Shown piece by piece: positions 26,476-41,530 of a stretch of 64,000 nucleotides of DNA. Made by a program: the position numbers and the translations under genes. Within the stretch, counting starts at the first letter, position 1. Each line of letters begins with the position of its first letter. The notes below the pieces were generated by a model. The model ran no database searches. It saw only the letters and a list, made by a program, of their open reading frames with translations, and was not told the origin of the DNA. The stretch is from Aotus nancymaae (taxonomy: Eukaryota): positions 6,643,875 through 6,707,874 of the forward strand of contig NW_026988420.1 in the NCBI RefSeq assembly GCF_030222135.1, given 5' to 3'.

Positions 26476-28304
26476 ATTTTTCTTTTAAAATTTTTACCAT
26501 ATAGTAATAATTTTGCTCTTTGCCCTTCCTTTAAAATAATCTTTTATTAATACATATTTAGAAAACAAATAGGGATATTTTTGGCACCAGTAGATTCTCA
26601 GAGATTCTTTTATTCAACATGTTACTATTGGTGCTAAAACTGTTGCACATTTATCTGGGAACCCCTTCTTGCCAGCCCCTGTGTCCTGGTGCTCTCTCTC
26701 AGAGTAGTACTGCTCTCCTTTTTGACACAGTGGCACATCCCAGCCTTAATAAATCAGTGCTGACCTCTGTAACTCAGTCTGTCACCACAGAACCCTGCAT
26801 GCTTTCCGTTTTCCTACCAGGAGAACTCTGGTCACAACCCTCATTCACTAAATCTTACAATACAGAGAGATTAGCCCCAGATTTGCTATGCCCTTTCTAC
26901 TGCAAACAACAAACAATATTTATCAACCTATTTGATAAAGTTCCACATTTATTTGCAGTTCTTTTTGTTCTTAGAATATATTCACTGTTTAATGTTCAGA
27001 AGAATATATTCACTGTTTAATGTTACTTGCATTTTTTTCTGTATGGTTTTGTTATCAATTTGATAAGCAGGTTCATTTGTCTGTTTGTATTCAGTTTTAG
27101 GGTTCCCCCATCCTTGCTGATGTAGTTTTGTTGAGTATGTAAAATACTTAATGTGTTTTAAAGAATAAAAGTAGAAATTAAGTAGGACCTGTCTTCTCCC
27201 TGCCCTCTCTCTCCCTCTATATCTAATTTGAAATACTGTCCTTTACTAAGTTAATAACTATAATGGGCAAGCATAATATTCCTTTAATATGTTCACCACC
27301 TCTCCCCATTATTTCACTGTAGCTTGTCAGAACATTTAGTCACACGTACTGCAGTCTCTCTTATAACCTCATTCAGTCTTAGTTCTAGAAGCAAATACAT
27401 AATTAATGCTTTCCACCAGTCCTTATGGTGATGTTTATCCAGTCATTTTTGGTTATTTGAAGCTCATGCTTTAGTACAGGGCTTCTCCAAATGTGGACTC
27501 TGGCAGGAGTGTCAGTCCCCAGTGGGGGTGGATGCAAGAGTCTGCAACCCACCTTGTGTTGGAAAGGCTCATGAGAACAATATTTGCTGAATTCTTGTGT
27601 TTCCTAACAGTTTGTTGGCAGTTTTTCTCTCTGAACGCCAGTTGCAGATTCCTTGGTGCACATTTTCTTTTCTCAGGTGTCTTATTATGTTAATCCATTG
27701 TCATCTGGCACAAAACACTGCTCTTGATGACCAATTGAGTTTCTTTGTCTAATAAGTGACTTGGATCTTTTTGCATGATGCTCCAAAGTTTTTGTTTGTT
27801 TTCTCTACCGTTTTATAGGCATGTCTTTTTGGCATGCTTTTATTGTTTTTAGGGTAGTCAGTTAGCCTAGCTAACTTAAAAAAATTTTTTTTAGATCTTT
27901 TTGTCTTCTCTGGCCTACTTTGTTTGGAATCCAATCCTAGCAGTTTTTCCTCCTTGTAGGGCTTGGTTCTGGAATTCCTGACCAGCTTCCCTGGTCCCTT
28001 TTGGGAGTTTGCAGGGCCTGGGAGGGGCCATGCGGCCCCACCCCACTGCTGTACTCTCAGGCACTAACCACCTGGGCCTTTCCAGATTGTGGCCTTCGCT
28101 TCCCCTGAGTGACTGTCCACACTGCACGGGCCTCACTGCTGTTTTAGTATTGGTAAGGCCTGCATGGTGTGGACTTGGGACTTAACAAACTAAAAGCTAT
28201 CTGTGGGGGAATTTTGTTTGGCTCTCCTACTTGCCTTGTTTTTTATGAGGTGATTCAGGCAGATTGAAAAGGTTAAGCTAGCGCCACCATATTCCTACTT
28301 GTTA

Positions 28305-28778
<474 letters not shown>

Positions 28779-29343
28779 TTATTCTTAAGTTTCTGTTTTT
28801 CAATTCTAAAATAGGAAAATATATTTTCATAGGCAATATTTTAGATAACACAGCCCATGAATTTGAGAAGTAAGATTTGTGTGCAGTCTTGCTCCATACA
28901 TAACTGTCAAACCTAGGAGCAAAAAGAACATTGCGGGACCCAGGGTCTTAGAAAACGTTTTTTGTTTGCATTGGTAACTACTTTGTTGGCAGCCAAGACA
29001 ACCTGTAAGATTACTTTCTTGGTGGTTTTGGAAATATTGAAGTTCAGATTATTTACAACCTACCATACCTGAGTCCACTCACTCCTACTTTCAGTTGGGC
29101 ACTCAGCAGCACTGAGTTTCTGTGTGCCCCTCCTTTCTAAACTCACACTTGCCCTCATCACCAAGACCTGTTTGCTAAGTCAGAGATAGAGGTAGCATAT
29201 GATTTCAGCTTGGTTAAGCAGTTTTAAGAAGTTGGGATTCTGCTTAGGACAAAAAATATTCTTACCAGATTTCATTGGTACCGCTTTTCAAAGCCTTTAA
29301 AATTAATATGTTAATGAATATTTTAATCTTTTTTTTTTTTCAG

Positions 29344-30192
29344 AAGCTATCCTTAAATAATGACATATTTGAGGCAAACTCTGATAGCGATCAGCAAAGT
29401 GAGACAAAAGAAGATACTTCCCCAAAGAAGAAAAAGAAAAAATTAAGGCAGAGAGAAGAGAAAAGCCCAAATGATCTGAAAAAGAAAAAGGCAAAGGCTG
29501 GAAAACTAAAAGACAAGTCCAAACCAGACCTGGAGAGCTCCTTAGAAAGTTTAGTTTTTGATTTAAGGACAAAGAAAAGAATTTCGGAAGCCAGAGAAGA
29601 ACTAAAGGAGTCCAAAAAGCCCAAAAAAGATGAAGTAAAAGAAACAAAGGAATTAAAGAAAGTTAAAAAGGGTGAAATAAGAGATTTAAAGACGAAAACA
29701 AGAGAAGATCCCAAAGAAAATAGAAAAACAAAAAAAGAAAAATGGGTCGAATCCCAGATGGAATCTGAATCAAGTGTACTTAATGATTTGCCCTTTACAG
29801 AGGATGACAGTGAAGGGCTACTTTCTGAGAGCAGAGAAGAGAGACAAAAAACTAAAAGTGCAAGAGAGAGAGCAGGGCAGGACGCAGGGCTGGAGCTCAG
29901 CTTTGAAAAGCCCCTGGATGGTGCCTTGAGTGCTGAGGAGGAAACCGATGTTAGTGGCAGGAGGAAAAAGAAGACCCCGAGAAAGTCTGAGGACACTAGA
30001 GAGAGCAGGAAGCTAGAGAACAAGAACCCTTTCTTAGAGAAGAAAACTGTGCCTAAAAAGCAGAGGAATCAAGACAGAGGAAAAAGTGCTGCAGAGTTAG
30101 AGAAACTGGCACCTGTGTCTGCCCAAACTCCAAAGGGCTGGAGGTTGAGCGGGGAAGAGAGAAGCCTCCGGTCCACTGACTCAACCGAGGAG
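29344..30192 (+). CDS. MPHOSPH8: MPHOSPH8 exon 3, a large 849-nt exon (283 codons) encoding a Lys/Glu/Ser-rich low-complexity region: [42 protein letters not shown]...RSLRSTDSTEE
   Basis: Acceptor tttttttttttcag|AAGCTATCC at 29344 and donor ACCGAGGAG|gtaaggg at 30193. The frame continues from exon 2 and matches the long + ORF at 29275-30228. Confidence 0.9.
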
Positions 30193-31420
30193 GTAAGGGC
30201 CACAGAGGCATCAGAAAACCCGTGTTGAGTGGTCAAGACGTTTCACAAGCGAGGAAAGGGCAACAGCCAAGCTGTAAGAAAGTGTTATAACCATGAGTGG
30301 TTATAAATGAAGCTCCTCCATTGGACCCTGCGGCTTATCTCTTAGTCTCTGTCCTGTTTTCTCTTAGAATGATTATGACTAGAAAATTAAAGGCTAATTT
30401 CTGAACAAAAATCAGGATGGTTTTTAGAGGTACTCAGATGATATACGGAGCACTGTATACTCAGGTTTATAGCTTCATCAGCTGCTTTTATTAGCTTTTC
30501 ACATCCTACTTGGTTATTTCCCCTGTTGTCTTGAGTATACCACTATTTACTTAAATAATAGGACAAAAGTACATTAACATTACAAGTCTTTTAATGCTTG
30601 CAAAAATACATTTAATAAGAATTTGACCCATTATAAAAATTATTTTTATATGGCTTTGCAAAATGGAAATATTTTCCAAATTATGAGAATATTTATTTAA
30701 TATTTATCAAGGGCTATAAAAAACATCATTTCTTTCTATCCATTATTTCCAGTTTGGGGAATTTACTTTAAGGAGATCATTTTAAAAAGGGAAAAGCTGT
30801 GCAAACATAGTTATTTATGGCAGTATTATCTTCATTAATGAAAAATGGATAGCAATCTAACTTTCTAGCCATAGAAGAAATGGTTAAGGAAATATTGATA
30901 TGTCAACTTGGGGACTATTAGAACTATTGAAATATTAATTATTAGGTCAGTGTAGCAAAATGGAACAGTTTAGAAAATGCAGTGGAGAAGAAAACCCTAC
31001 ATAAATATGAATACAGTCAGGTAAAAATATCTGTAGTGTTAATAAAAATGAATTTTAAAAAAGATTATCCATGCAAAAGTACAAGGACCAGAACAGGGAA
31101 CATGGAGAAGTAAAAATAGTCATGGTTGGTTAAGACTATGGGTGGAAAACTTTTTTAGAATTTTATTTTTTTAATAATAAAATTCCTAAAAGAGGGTGGA
31201 AAAACTGGTATTGAGTTTTGAATTTGATATTTTGTGAATTATATGGTTGACTGAGGAAGCAAAATCCTTTTGTGTGAAAAGAATTTAGTGATCAGTGATC
31301 ATGTACGACAGTATACAAGGGTGGTTCCCTGAAGCCACAAACCTGTATTTTACGTTCTCAAATAAATATACAGTGTCAACTCTTTATCCATTATTGTTTT
31401 GGATATCATGTCATTTTCAG

Positions 31421-31520
31421 GACAAAGAGACCAAAAAAAATGAACCCAAAGAAAAATATCAGAGAAGGCATGATTCCGACAAGGAAGAAAAAGGGCGAAA
31501 AGAGCCAAAAGGATTAAAGA
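31421..31520 (+). CDS. MPHOSPH8: MPHOSPH8 exon 4 (100 nt): DKETKKNEPKEKYQRRHDSDKEEKGRKEPKGLK
   Basis: Acceptor tgtcattttcag|GACAAAGAG and donor GGATTAAAGA|gtgagtgt. It ends in phase 1. Confidence 0.9.
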
Positions 31521-32479
31521 GTGAGTGTAAATATTAACGTTTTGCCATTTACATTGCTATTATACAAATAAATAACAAGTTACCTAAGTTTATTATATAA
31601 AAATTTATATAATTTTTTTCCTTTTCACCTTGTTTTTCCTTCTTTTTAATATGATAAGGGATCGTATTAGAATTACTGAGACAGGAAATTCATTATGGCA
31701 GAAAAATAAATGTGTTTTTTTTAATGGCAGATGCTAAATTTAAAAAACACCTTTTGTTTAATATATTCATTATATGTAACTCTGTGTTATTTGTATAAAT
31801 ACATTAAATACACATTTTGGATCACTTCAAGATAGACCATAATAGAGAATCCATAATACATATCAATATTGGAGCAAATACTTTATATTTCTTAAACAAA
31901 CAAACAAACAAAAAACACCATTACTGTGTTTAAATAAGCCCTAGCAGATAAATACTTAGTTTCTGTAGCAAAAGTACTTGGAACACATGTTTTCTTGCAA
32001 ACAGTGGTTCTAAGAGATGGATGATTTTCCCTGGGTTTTTTTCCTGAAAGCTGTATGTAACTGAGGTAATACTAAAAGTAATTTTTTTCTAAGCCTAGGC
32101 TGGTCTTGGCAGTAGAAGCAGGTGAATGAAGCTAGGCAGGAACAGTGGCTGATTCAGTGGGTTACACATAAAGTGGCTGTAAGACTATTATTCAAAGCAA
32201 AACAAAAATAGTAAATGCCTTCTAGTCTTCAAAGAATGATTAGAGGTTCAAAATACTGCAAAATTGGACCTAGCCTTGTTAATGTTTTTTCCTCCTAGTA
32301 TCTAGTATGTCAGTTTCAGGTACATTTTTACTGTGAACATATAGTCTTAAATGGAACTACTGTTTGTCCCATTCATAGAGGTCCTCACTAGAGTCCAGTT
32401 TTCAGTATTCCCTGATAATAAAACTCATCTGCTGTATACCCAGAATTTATGACAGAATTCATCCTAATTATATTCTTTT

Positions 32480-35400
32480 GGGGGTTATTTTTTTTAATTG
32501 CTCTTTAGGTTCTAGGGTACATGTGCAGAATATGTAGGGTTGTTGCATAGGTACATATATGGCAATGTGGTTTGCTGCCTCCATCCCCCCGTCACCTCTA
32601 TCTGGCATTTCTCCCCATGTTATCCCTCCCCAACCTCCCTACCCCCACTGTCCCTCTCCTATTCCCCCCAAACAGACCCCAGTGTGTGATGCTTCCCTCC
32701 CTGTGTCCATGTATTCTCATTGTTCAACACCCATGTATGAGTGAGAACATGTGCCGTTTGATTTTCTGTTCTTGGGTCAGTTTGCTCAGAATGATGGTTT
32801 CCAGGGTCATCCATGTCCCTACAAAGGACACGAACTCGTTTTTTATGGCTGCATAGTATTCCATGGTGTATATGTGCCATATTTTCTTTGTCCAGTCTAT
32901 CATCGATGGGCATTTGGGTTGGTTCCAGGTCTTTACTAGTGTAAACAATGCTGCAGTGAACATATGTGTGTGCATGTGTCTTTATAATAGAACAATTTAT
33001 AATCCTTTGGATATATACTCAGTAATGGGATTGCTGGGTCAAATGGATTCTATTTCTAGGTCCTTGAGAAATCGCCACACTGTCTTCCACAATGGTTGAA
33101 TTTACACTCCCACCAATTCTATGCTAATTTTCACTCCCACCAACAGTATAGAAGTGTTCCTATTTCTTTACATCCTCTCCAGCATCTTAATAATTGTCTC
33201 CAGATTCTTTAATAATCGCCATTCTAACTGGTATGAGATGGTATCTCAATGTGGTTTTGATTTGCATTTCTCTAATGACCAGTGATGAGTATTTTTTCAT
33301 ATGTTTGTTTGCCTCAGATGTGTCTTCTTTTGAAAAGTGTCTGTTCATGTCCTTTGCCCACTTTTGAATGGGTTTGTTTGTTTATTTCTTGTAAATCTAT
33401 TTTAGTTCTTTGTAGATTCTGGGTATTAGCCCTTTGTCAGATGGGTAGATTGCAAAAATGTTTTCCCAGCCTGTTCATTGCTGGTTCACTCTAATGATTG
33501 TTTCTTTTGCTATACAGATGCTCTGGAGTTTAATTAGATCCCAGTTGTCTATTTTGGCTTTTGTTGCCAATGCTCTTGGTGTTTTAGTCATGAAGATCTT
33601 CTTATGCCTATGTCCTGAATGGTTTTGCCTAGGTTTTCTTCTAGGGTTTTTATGGTGTTAGTTCTTAAATTGTTTAAGTCTTTAATCCATCTGGAGTTAA
33701 TGTTAGTTTAAGGTGTCAGGAAGGGGTCCAATTTCTGCTTTCTGCACATGGCTAGCCAGTTTTCCCAACACCATTTATTCAGCAGGGAATCCTTTCCCCA
33801 TTGCTTGTTTTTGTCAGGTTTGTCAAAGATCAGATGGTTGTAGATGTGTGGCGTTGCCTCTGAGGCCTCCGTTCTGTTCCATTGGTCCATATCTCTGTTT
33901 TGGTACCAGTACCATGCTGTTTTGATTACTGTAGACTTGTAGTATAGCTTGAAGTCAGGTAGCCTCTAGCTTTGTTCTTTCTATTTAGGATTGTCTTGGC
34001 TATGTGGGCTCTCTTTTGGTTCCATATGAAGTTTAAGGTGGTTTTTTTCCAGTTGTGTGAAGAGGGTCCTAGGTAGCTTGATGGGGATAGCATTGAATCT
34101 ACAAATTACTTTGGGCAGTGTGGCCATTTTCACAATATTGATTCTTCCTAACCGTGAACATGGAATATTTTTCCATTTGATTGTGTCCTCTCTTATTTCC
34201 TTGAGCAGTGGTTTGTAGTTCTCCTTGAAGAGGTCCTTTACATGCTTTGTTAGTTGTATTCCTAGGTATTTTATTCTCTTTGTAGCAATTGTGAATGGCA
34301 GTTTGTTCTTGATTTGGCTGTCTTTAAGTCTGTTGGTGTATAGGAATGCTGCTGATTTCTGCACATTGATTTTGTATCCTGAGACTTTGCTGAAGTTGCT
34401 TATCAGTTTCAGGAGATTTTGGGCTGAGACGATGGGGTCTTCTAAATATACAGTTATGTTGTCTGCAAATAGAGACAATTTGACTTCCTCCTTTCCTAAT
34501 CGAATACCCTTTATTTCTTTTTCTTGCCTGATTGCTCTGGCTAGAACTTCCAATACTATATTGAATAAGTGTGGTGAGAGAGGGTATCCTTGTCTAGTGC
34601 CAGATTTCAAAGAGAATGCTTCCAGTTTTTGCCTATTCCGTATTATATTGGCTGTGGGTTTGTCATAAATAGCTTTTATCATTTTGAGATATGTTCCGTC
34701 GATACCTAGTTTATTGAGAGTGTTTAGCATAAAGGGCTGTTGAATTTTGTCAAAGGCCTTCTCTGCATTTATTGAGATAATCATGTGGTTTTTGTCTTTG
34801 GTTCTGTTTATGTGGTGGATTACATTTATAAACTTGGGTATGTTGAACCAGCCTTGCATCCCCAGGATGAAGCCTACTTGATCGTGATGGGTAAGCTTTT
34901 TGATGTGCTGTTGCATTCAGTTTGTCAAGATTTTATTGAAGATTTTTGCATCTATGTTCATCATGGATATTGGTCTGAAGTTTTCTTTTTTTGTTGAGTC
35001 TCTGCCAGGTTTTGGTTTCAGGATGATGTTGATCTCATAAAATGATTTGGGAAGGATTCCCTCTTTTTGGATTGTTTGGAATAGTTTCAGAAGGAGTAGT
35101 ACCAACTCCTCTTTGTATGTCTGGTAGAATTCGGCTGTGAACCCATCTGGACCTGAGGGTTTTTTTTTTTGAGTGGTAGGCTATTAATTGCTCCCTCAAT
35201 TTCAGCCCTTGTTATTGGTCTATTCAGAGTTTCGACTTCTTCCTGGTTTAGGCTTAGGAGGGTGCAAGTGTCCAGGAATTTATCTATTTCTTCCAGGTTT
35301 ACTGTTTTATGTGCATAGAGTTGTTTGTAGTAATCTATTATGGTAGTTTGTATTTCTGTGGAATTGGTGGTAATATCCCCTTTATCATTTTTTATTGCAT

Positions 35401-38400
35401 CTATTTGATTATTCTCTCTTTTTTATTAATCTGGCTAGTGCTCTATTTTGCTGATCTTTTCAAAAAACCAGCTTCTAGATTTATTGTTTTTTTTTTTTGA
35501 AGGGTTTTTTATGTCTCTATCTCCTTCAGTTCTGCTCTGATCTTAGTTATTTCTTGTCTTCTGCTAGCTTTTAAGTTTTTTTGGTCTTGCTCCTCTAGCT
35601 CTTTCAATTTTGATGATAGGGTGTTGATTTTAGATCTTTCCTTGCTTCTCATTTGGGCATTTATTGCCATAAATTTTCCTCTAGACATTGCTTTAAATGT
35701 GTCTCAGAGATTCTGGTACATTATATCTTCATTTTTGTTGGTTTTGAAGAACAACTTTATTTCTGCCTTCATTTCATTGTTTATCCAGTCTACATTCAAG
35801 AGCCAGTTGTTCAGTTTCCATGAAGTTGTGTGTTTCTGAGTTAGTTTCTTAATCCTGAATTCTAATTTGATTGCACTGTGATCACTGTTAGTTATGATTT
35901 CCGTTCTTTTGCATTTGCTGAGGAGTGATTTACTTCCAATTATGTGGTCAGTTTTAGAGTAGGTGTGATGTGGTGCTGAGAATAATTTATATTCTATGGA
36001 TTGGGGTTGGAGAGTTCTGTAGATGTCTATTAGGTTTGCTTGGTCCACATCTGAGTTCAAGTCCTGGATATCCTTGTTAATTTTCTGCCTCGTTGATCTG
36101 TCTAATATTGACAGCAGAGTGTTAAAGTCTCACACTATTATTGTGTGGGAGTCTAAGTCTCTTTGTAGGTTAAGAATTTGCTTTATGTATCTGGGTGCTC
36201 CTGTATTGGGTGCATATATATTTAGTATCGTTAGCTCTTGTTGCATTGATCCTTTTACCGTTATGTAATGCCCTTCTTTGTCTCTTTTGAACTTTGTTGG
36301 TTTAACATCTATTTTATCAGAGACGAGAATCACAACTCCTACTTTTTTTTACTCTCCATTTGCTTGGTAAATCTTCCTCCATCCCTTTATTTTGAGCCTA
36401 TATCTGTCCTTGCATGTGAGATGGGTTTCCTGGATACAGCACACCAATGGGTTCTGACTTTTTATCCAATTTACCAGTCTGTGTCTTTTGATTGGGGCAT
36501 TTAGCCCATTTACATTTAAGGTTAATATTGTTATGTGTGAATTTGATCCTGCCATTTTTTTGCTAGGTGATTGTTTTGCCCATTAGTTGACACAGTTTCT
36601 TCATCGTGTTGATGCTGTCTACCATTTGGTACATTTTTGGAGTGACTGGTACTGGTTGTTCCTTTCTATGTTTAGTGCTTCTTTCAGGAGCTCTTGTAAG
36701 GCAGGCCTGGTAGTGACGAAATCTCTTAGCAATTGCTTGTTCGTAAAGGATTTTATTTCTTCTTCGCTTATGAAGCTTAGTTTGGCTGGATATGAAATTC
36801 TAGGTTGAAAGTTCTATTGGCCCCTCACTCTCTTCTGGCTTGTAGGGTCTCTGCCGAGAGATCTGTTGTGAGTCTGATGGGCTTCCCTTTGTGGGTAACC
36901 TGGCCTTTCTCTCTGGCTGCCCTTAGCATTTTTTCCTTCATTTCAACCCTGGTGAATCTGACAATTATGTGCCTTGGGGTTGCTCTTCTTGAGGAATATC
37001 TTTGTGGTGTTCTCTGTATTTCCTGGACTTGAATATTGGCCTAAGTTGCTAGGTTTGGGAAGTTTTCCTGGATCATATCCTGAAGAGAGTTTTCCAGCTT
37101 GAATTCATTCTCTCCATCACATTCAGGTACACCTATCAAATGTAGATTAGGTCTTTTCACATAATCCCATATTTCTTGGAGGTTTTGTTCATTTCTTTTC
37201 ACTCTTCTCTAATCTCGTCTTCTTGTTTTATTTCATTGAGTTGATCTTCAATCTCTGATATCCTTTCTTCTGCTTGGTCAATTCGGCTATTGAAACTTGT
37301 GTATGCTTCTCAAAGTTCTCGTGTTGTTTTTCAGCTCCATCAGGTCATTTATATTCTTCTCTAAGCTGTTTATTCTCATTAGCATTTCGTCAAACCTTTT
37401 TTCAAGGTTCTTAAGTTTCTTTGCATTGGGTTAGAACATGTTCTTTTAGCTCAGAGAAGTTTGTTATTACCTACCTTCTGAAGCCTGTTTCTGTCAATTC
37501 ATCAGACTCATTCTCGATCCAGCTTTGTTCCCTTGCTGGTAAGGAGTTGTGATCCCTTGGAGGAGGAGAGTTGTTCTGGTTTTGGGTGTTTTCATCCATT
37601 TTCCACTGGTTTCTTCCCATCTTTGGGGATTTAGCTACCTGTGGTCTTTGTAATTGGTGACTTTCGGATGGGGTCTCTGAGTGGACGTCCTTTTTGTTGA
37701 TAATGAAGTTATTTTTTTCTGTTTTTTAGTTTTTCTTCTAACAGTCAGGCCCCTCTGCTGTAGGACTGCTGGAGGTCCACTCCAGACCCTGCTTGCCTGG
37801 GGATCACCTGCGAGGGCTGCAAAACAGTAAGGGTTTCTGCCAGTTTCTTCTGTTACGTTCATCCCAGAAGGATGCCCGCCTGATGTCAGCCTGAGCACTC
37901 CTTTATGAGGTGTCTCTGGGTATATGGGGATCAGGGAGCTGCTTGAGGAGACAGTCTTATAGGAGCTCAAGTGCTGAACTGTGAGCTCTGTTATTTCATT
38001 CAGAGCTGCTGGGCAGGTACATTTAAGTCTGCTGCAGTGGAACTCATAACCACCTTTTTTCCCAGGTGCTCTGTCCTGAGAAGGTGGGGCTTTATTTATA
38101 AGTTCCTGACATGCTGCTGCCTTTTTTCAGAGATGCCCTGCCCAGCGAGGGGATAGCCTAGTCACAGTCCGCCAGCAGAGGCGTTGCTGAGCTGCTGTGG
38201 GCTCTGTCCAGCTGCTGTGTGAACTTCCTTGTAGTTTTGTTTATAGAGGTATAGTTAGAACTGCCTCAGTAATGGCGGATTGCCTCAGTAATGGTGGACT
38301 GCCTCGGCAGTGGCGTACTGCCTCAGTGGTGGCAGATGCCCTTCCCCCCACAGAGCTGGACTGTCCCAGGTCCAGCTGCACTTGCTGCAAAACTCTCAAT

Positions 38401-38700
38401 TCAGAGCGTTTCAGATTGCTGGTCTTTGTGGGGGTAGGACCCGCTGAGCCAGATCACCTGGCTCCCTGTTTTAGCCCCCTTTTTTTCAATTGAATGGGTG
38501 GCTCTGTCTCCCAGGCATTCCAGGCGCCAGTTGAAATGGCCACCCAGCTTTGTGTGAGTTTTTGTGCAGAGACCCACTGTGCTGGCTGAAACAGCCATGC
38601 AGGAAACTCTTGGCGCTTTTCAGCCTGGGAATCTCCTGGTCTGTGGGCAGTAATAACTCATTTGAAAATGTGGTGATCACTCACCCTTTGCATTGTTCTC
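32480..38700 (-). mobile_element. near-full-length L1 (about 6.2 kb; L1PA/L1PB-type) in antisense orientation within MPHOSPH8 intron 4. ORF1 and ORF2 are degenerate, with multiple stops and frameshifts. The 5'UTR end lies at about 37.7-38.7 kb.
   Basis: The minus-strand ORF at 32724-32975 reads ...TWNQPKCPSMIDWTKKIWHIYTMEYYAAIKNEFVSFVGTWMTLETIILSKLTQEQKIKRHMFSL, the L1 ORF2p C-terminus. The 311-aa ORF at 33981-34916 is the L1 RT domain ([12 protein letters not shown]...). ORFs at 36130-36555 are the endonuclease N-terminus (MAGSNSHITILTLNVNGLNAPIKRHRL...CIQETHL). The region 36600-37650 is antisense ORF1. The region 32500-32650 is the antisense L1 3' end. Confidence 0.95.
38262..38345. repeat. 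short tandem repeat, 4 units of about 19 bp (tgcctcagtaatggcggat-like), inside the L1 5' region
   Basis: gattgcctcagtaatggtggactgcctcggcagtggcgtactgcctcagtggtggcagatgcc. Confidence 0.6.
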
Positions 38701-39304
38701 GCTGAGAACTGCACTCCTGAGCTGTTCCTATTCGGCCATCTTGGATCACTGTCCCTAAAATGTATCTCGGGGTTATTTCTTATATCAGGTCTAGTACCTG
38801 CCAGTTTTCTTTCCCACTTTCTTCTTTAGTTAAAAGCTAGTAGCATTAGGTACAGTTTTACCAGGTACACAGGCAGTGCTCTGGCACCCTGCTGCTGTTT
38901 CCCTCACTTGCCACCAGAAACCATTTTGGTACAAGCTTCAGGCTCCAGCTATTAGACAGTCTGGTGTCTTTAGCAGTGGGAAAGATGCTGGTGAGACTTG
39001 GATCACTCTTAGGCTCACTGTCTTCAGTAGGCCTTTGTCACAACAGGAGTTGAGTAGTTCACAACATCTGCTTAACAGCCATTCACACTGGACATCGTTT
39101 CTGAGTATTGAGCAACTAGTAGAAAGACCAGTTGAAATGATTTTGTGCTTTTGATAGTAAATCAGACCAGGCTTTATAAGCAAGGTAGAGGTTAGTAAAA
39201 ATTAAGAAAATACCTTCTTGGTTTAACACTAACTTAGATTTTCTTTCGAATGTAACAGAAATTTGTGACTCATACTTAACTATCAATTTTAATTTTTTGA
39301 TTAG

Positions 39305-39562
39305 CACTTAAGGAAATCAGAAGTGCATTTGATTTACTAAAATTAACACCAGAAGAAAAAAATGATGTTTCTGAGAATAATCGAAAAAGAGAAGAAATGC
39401 CACTGGATTTTAAAACCATAGATGATCACAAAACCAAGGAAAACAAACAGTCACTTGAAGAAAGGAGAAACACGAGAGATGAAACGGATACTTGGGCATA
39501 CATTGCTGCGGAAGGTGATCAGGAGGTTTTAGACAGTGCGTGCCAAGCAGATGAGAAATCGG
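39305..39562 (+). CDS. MPHOSPH8: MPHOSPH8 exon 5 (258 nt): TLKEIRSAFDLLKLTPEEKNDVSENNRKREEMPLDFKTIDDHKTKENKQSLEERRNTRDETDTWAYIAAEGDQEVLDSACQADEKS
   Basis: Acceptor ttttaattttttgattag|CACTTAAGG and donor GAAATCGG|gtgagttt. The phase continues from exon 4 (A+CA = Thr). Confidence 0.9.
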
Positions 39563-40299
39563 GTGAGTTTGGAATCATTCTGGAATCAATTTTTCAGGGT
39601 AGTGCTGCACCATATTATTTTATTGTACTTTCTGTATTTCTGCTCTCAAGATAAAAATAGTAACAGAATAGAAGAGTTTATTTGGATAAATAAAACTCTT
39701 TATTTGGATCTCCTGAATAAATAATAAAAACATTTTATAGTGAAGACTTGGGTCATTCTGTGACTTCTCAGTGGATCAAACAATTTTTCTGAGTTCCTAT
39801 GTTGTTCTCAGCATGTTTAGAAACTAAAATATTTCTGATTTTCTACCTTACCTACTCTTACCTGGCAGACTCATTTTATATCTTAGTATTTAATAAATTT
39901 TTTTCAGAAAATTATCAAATACGAACTTATTTGTATTTTGCCCTTTTAACATTGCAGCAAATAACACGAAATAAGGTTATATTGTAAATGGTGTCCTGAG
40001 GACATTGGCATTGGTCAAGAAAAAGAATATAGACTACAGTAGCGATGGGAAGGAGTACTAAAATGTGTACATGTATGTTTATAACTAGGACCTAATAAAC
40101 GAGAAAGTCTACTCTAATAAAACTTTTTATAATTTGTGAATCTTGAGAAACAGTTGGAGAGAATTGAGAAATTCAGAATATATGACAGACTAGATTGTCT
40201 GGGAAACCCTCTTACTACAAAACGACTATATCCTGGATACCTAGGTAAAATGTGCTTTTGGATGCATTGCTGAGCTTGCAGGAAATTAGGGTAATTTCA

Positions 40300-40670
<371 letters not shown>

Positions 40671-40726
40671 AGAGACATGATTACAGGTTGGGTACAGATT
40701 GAAAAGATGAAAGAATTCTGTGAGCG

Positions 40727-41530
<804 letters not shown>

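Noticed and set aside
29391-30023. 210-aa minus-strand ORF (MFSSFLLSLVSSDFLGVFFF...), together with the overlapping 114-aa ORF at 29303-29647
   Set aside because: It lies exactly antisense to MPHOSPH8 exon 3. The long open frame is a by-product of the exon's A/G-rich Lys/Glu codon bias (AAG, AAA and GAA read antisense as CTT, TTT and TTC). Low-complexity Phe/Ser/Leu sequence, no independent support.
33981-36555. Long ORFs of 311, 118, 68 and 67 aa on the minus strand
   Set aside because: They are fragments of L1 ORF2 (reverse-transcriptase and endonuclease domains) inside the antisense L1 element. They are interrupted by stops and frameshifts, and they are neither host genes nor an intact retrotransposon.
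38262-38345. Four tandem repeats of about 19 bp (tgcctcagtaatggcggat-like). I considered whether they could be an array-like structure.
   Set aside because: A short imperfect tandem repeat inside the L1 5' region. There are no spacer or repeat regularities. This is a eukaryotic intron context, so it is not a CRISPR array.
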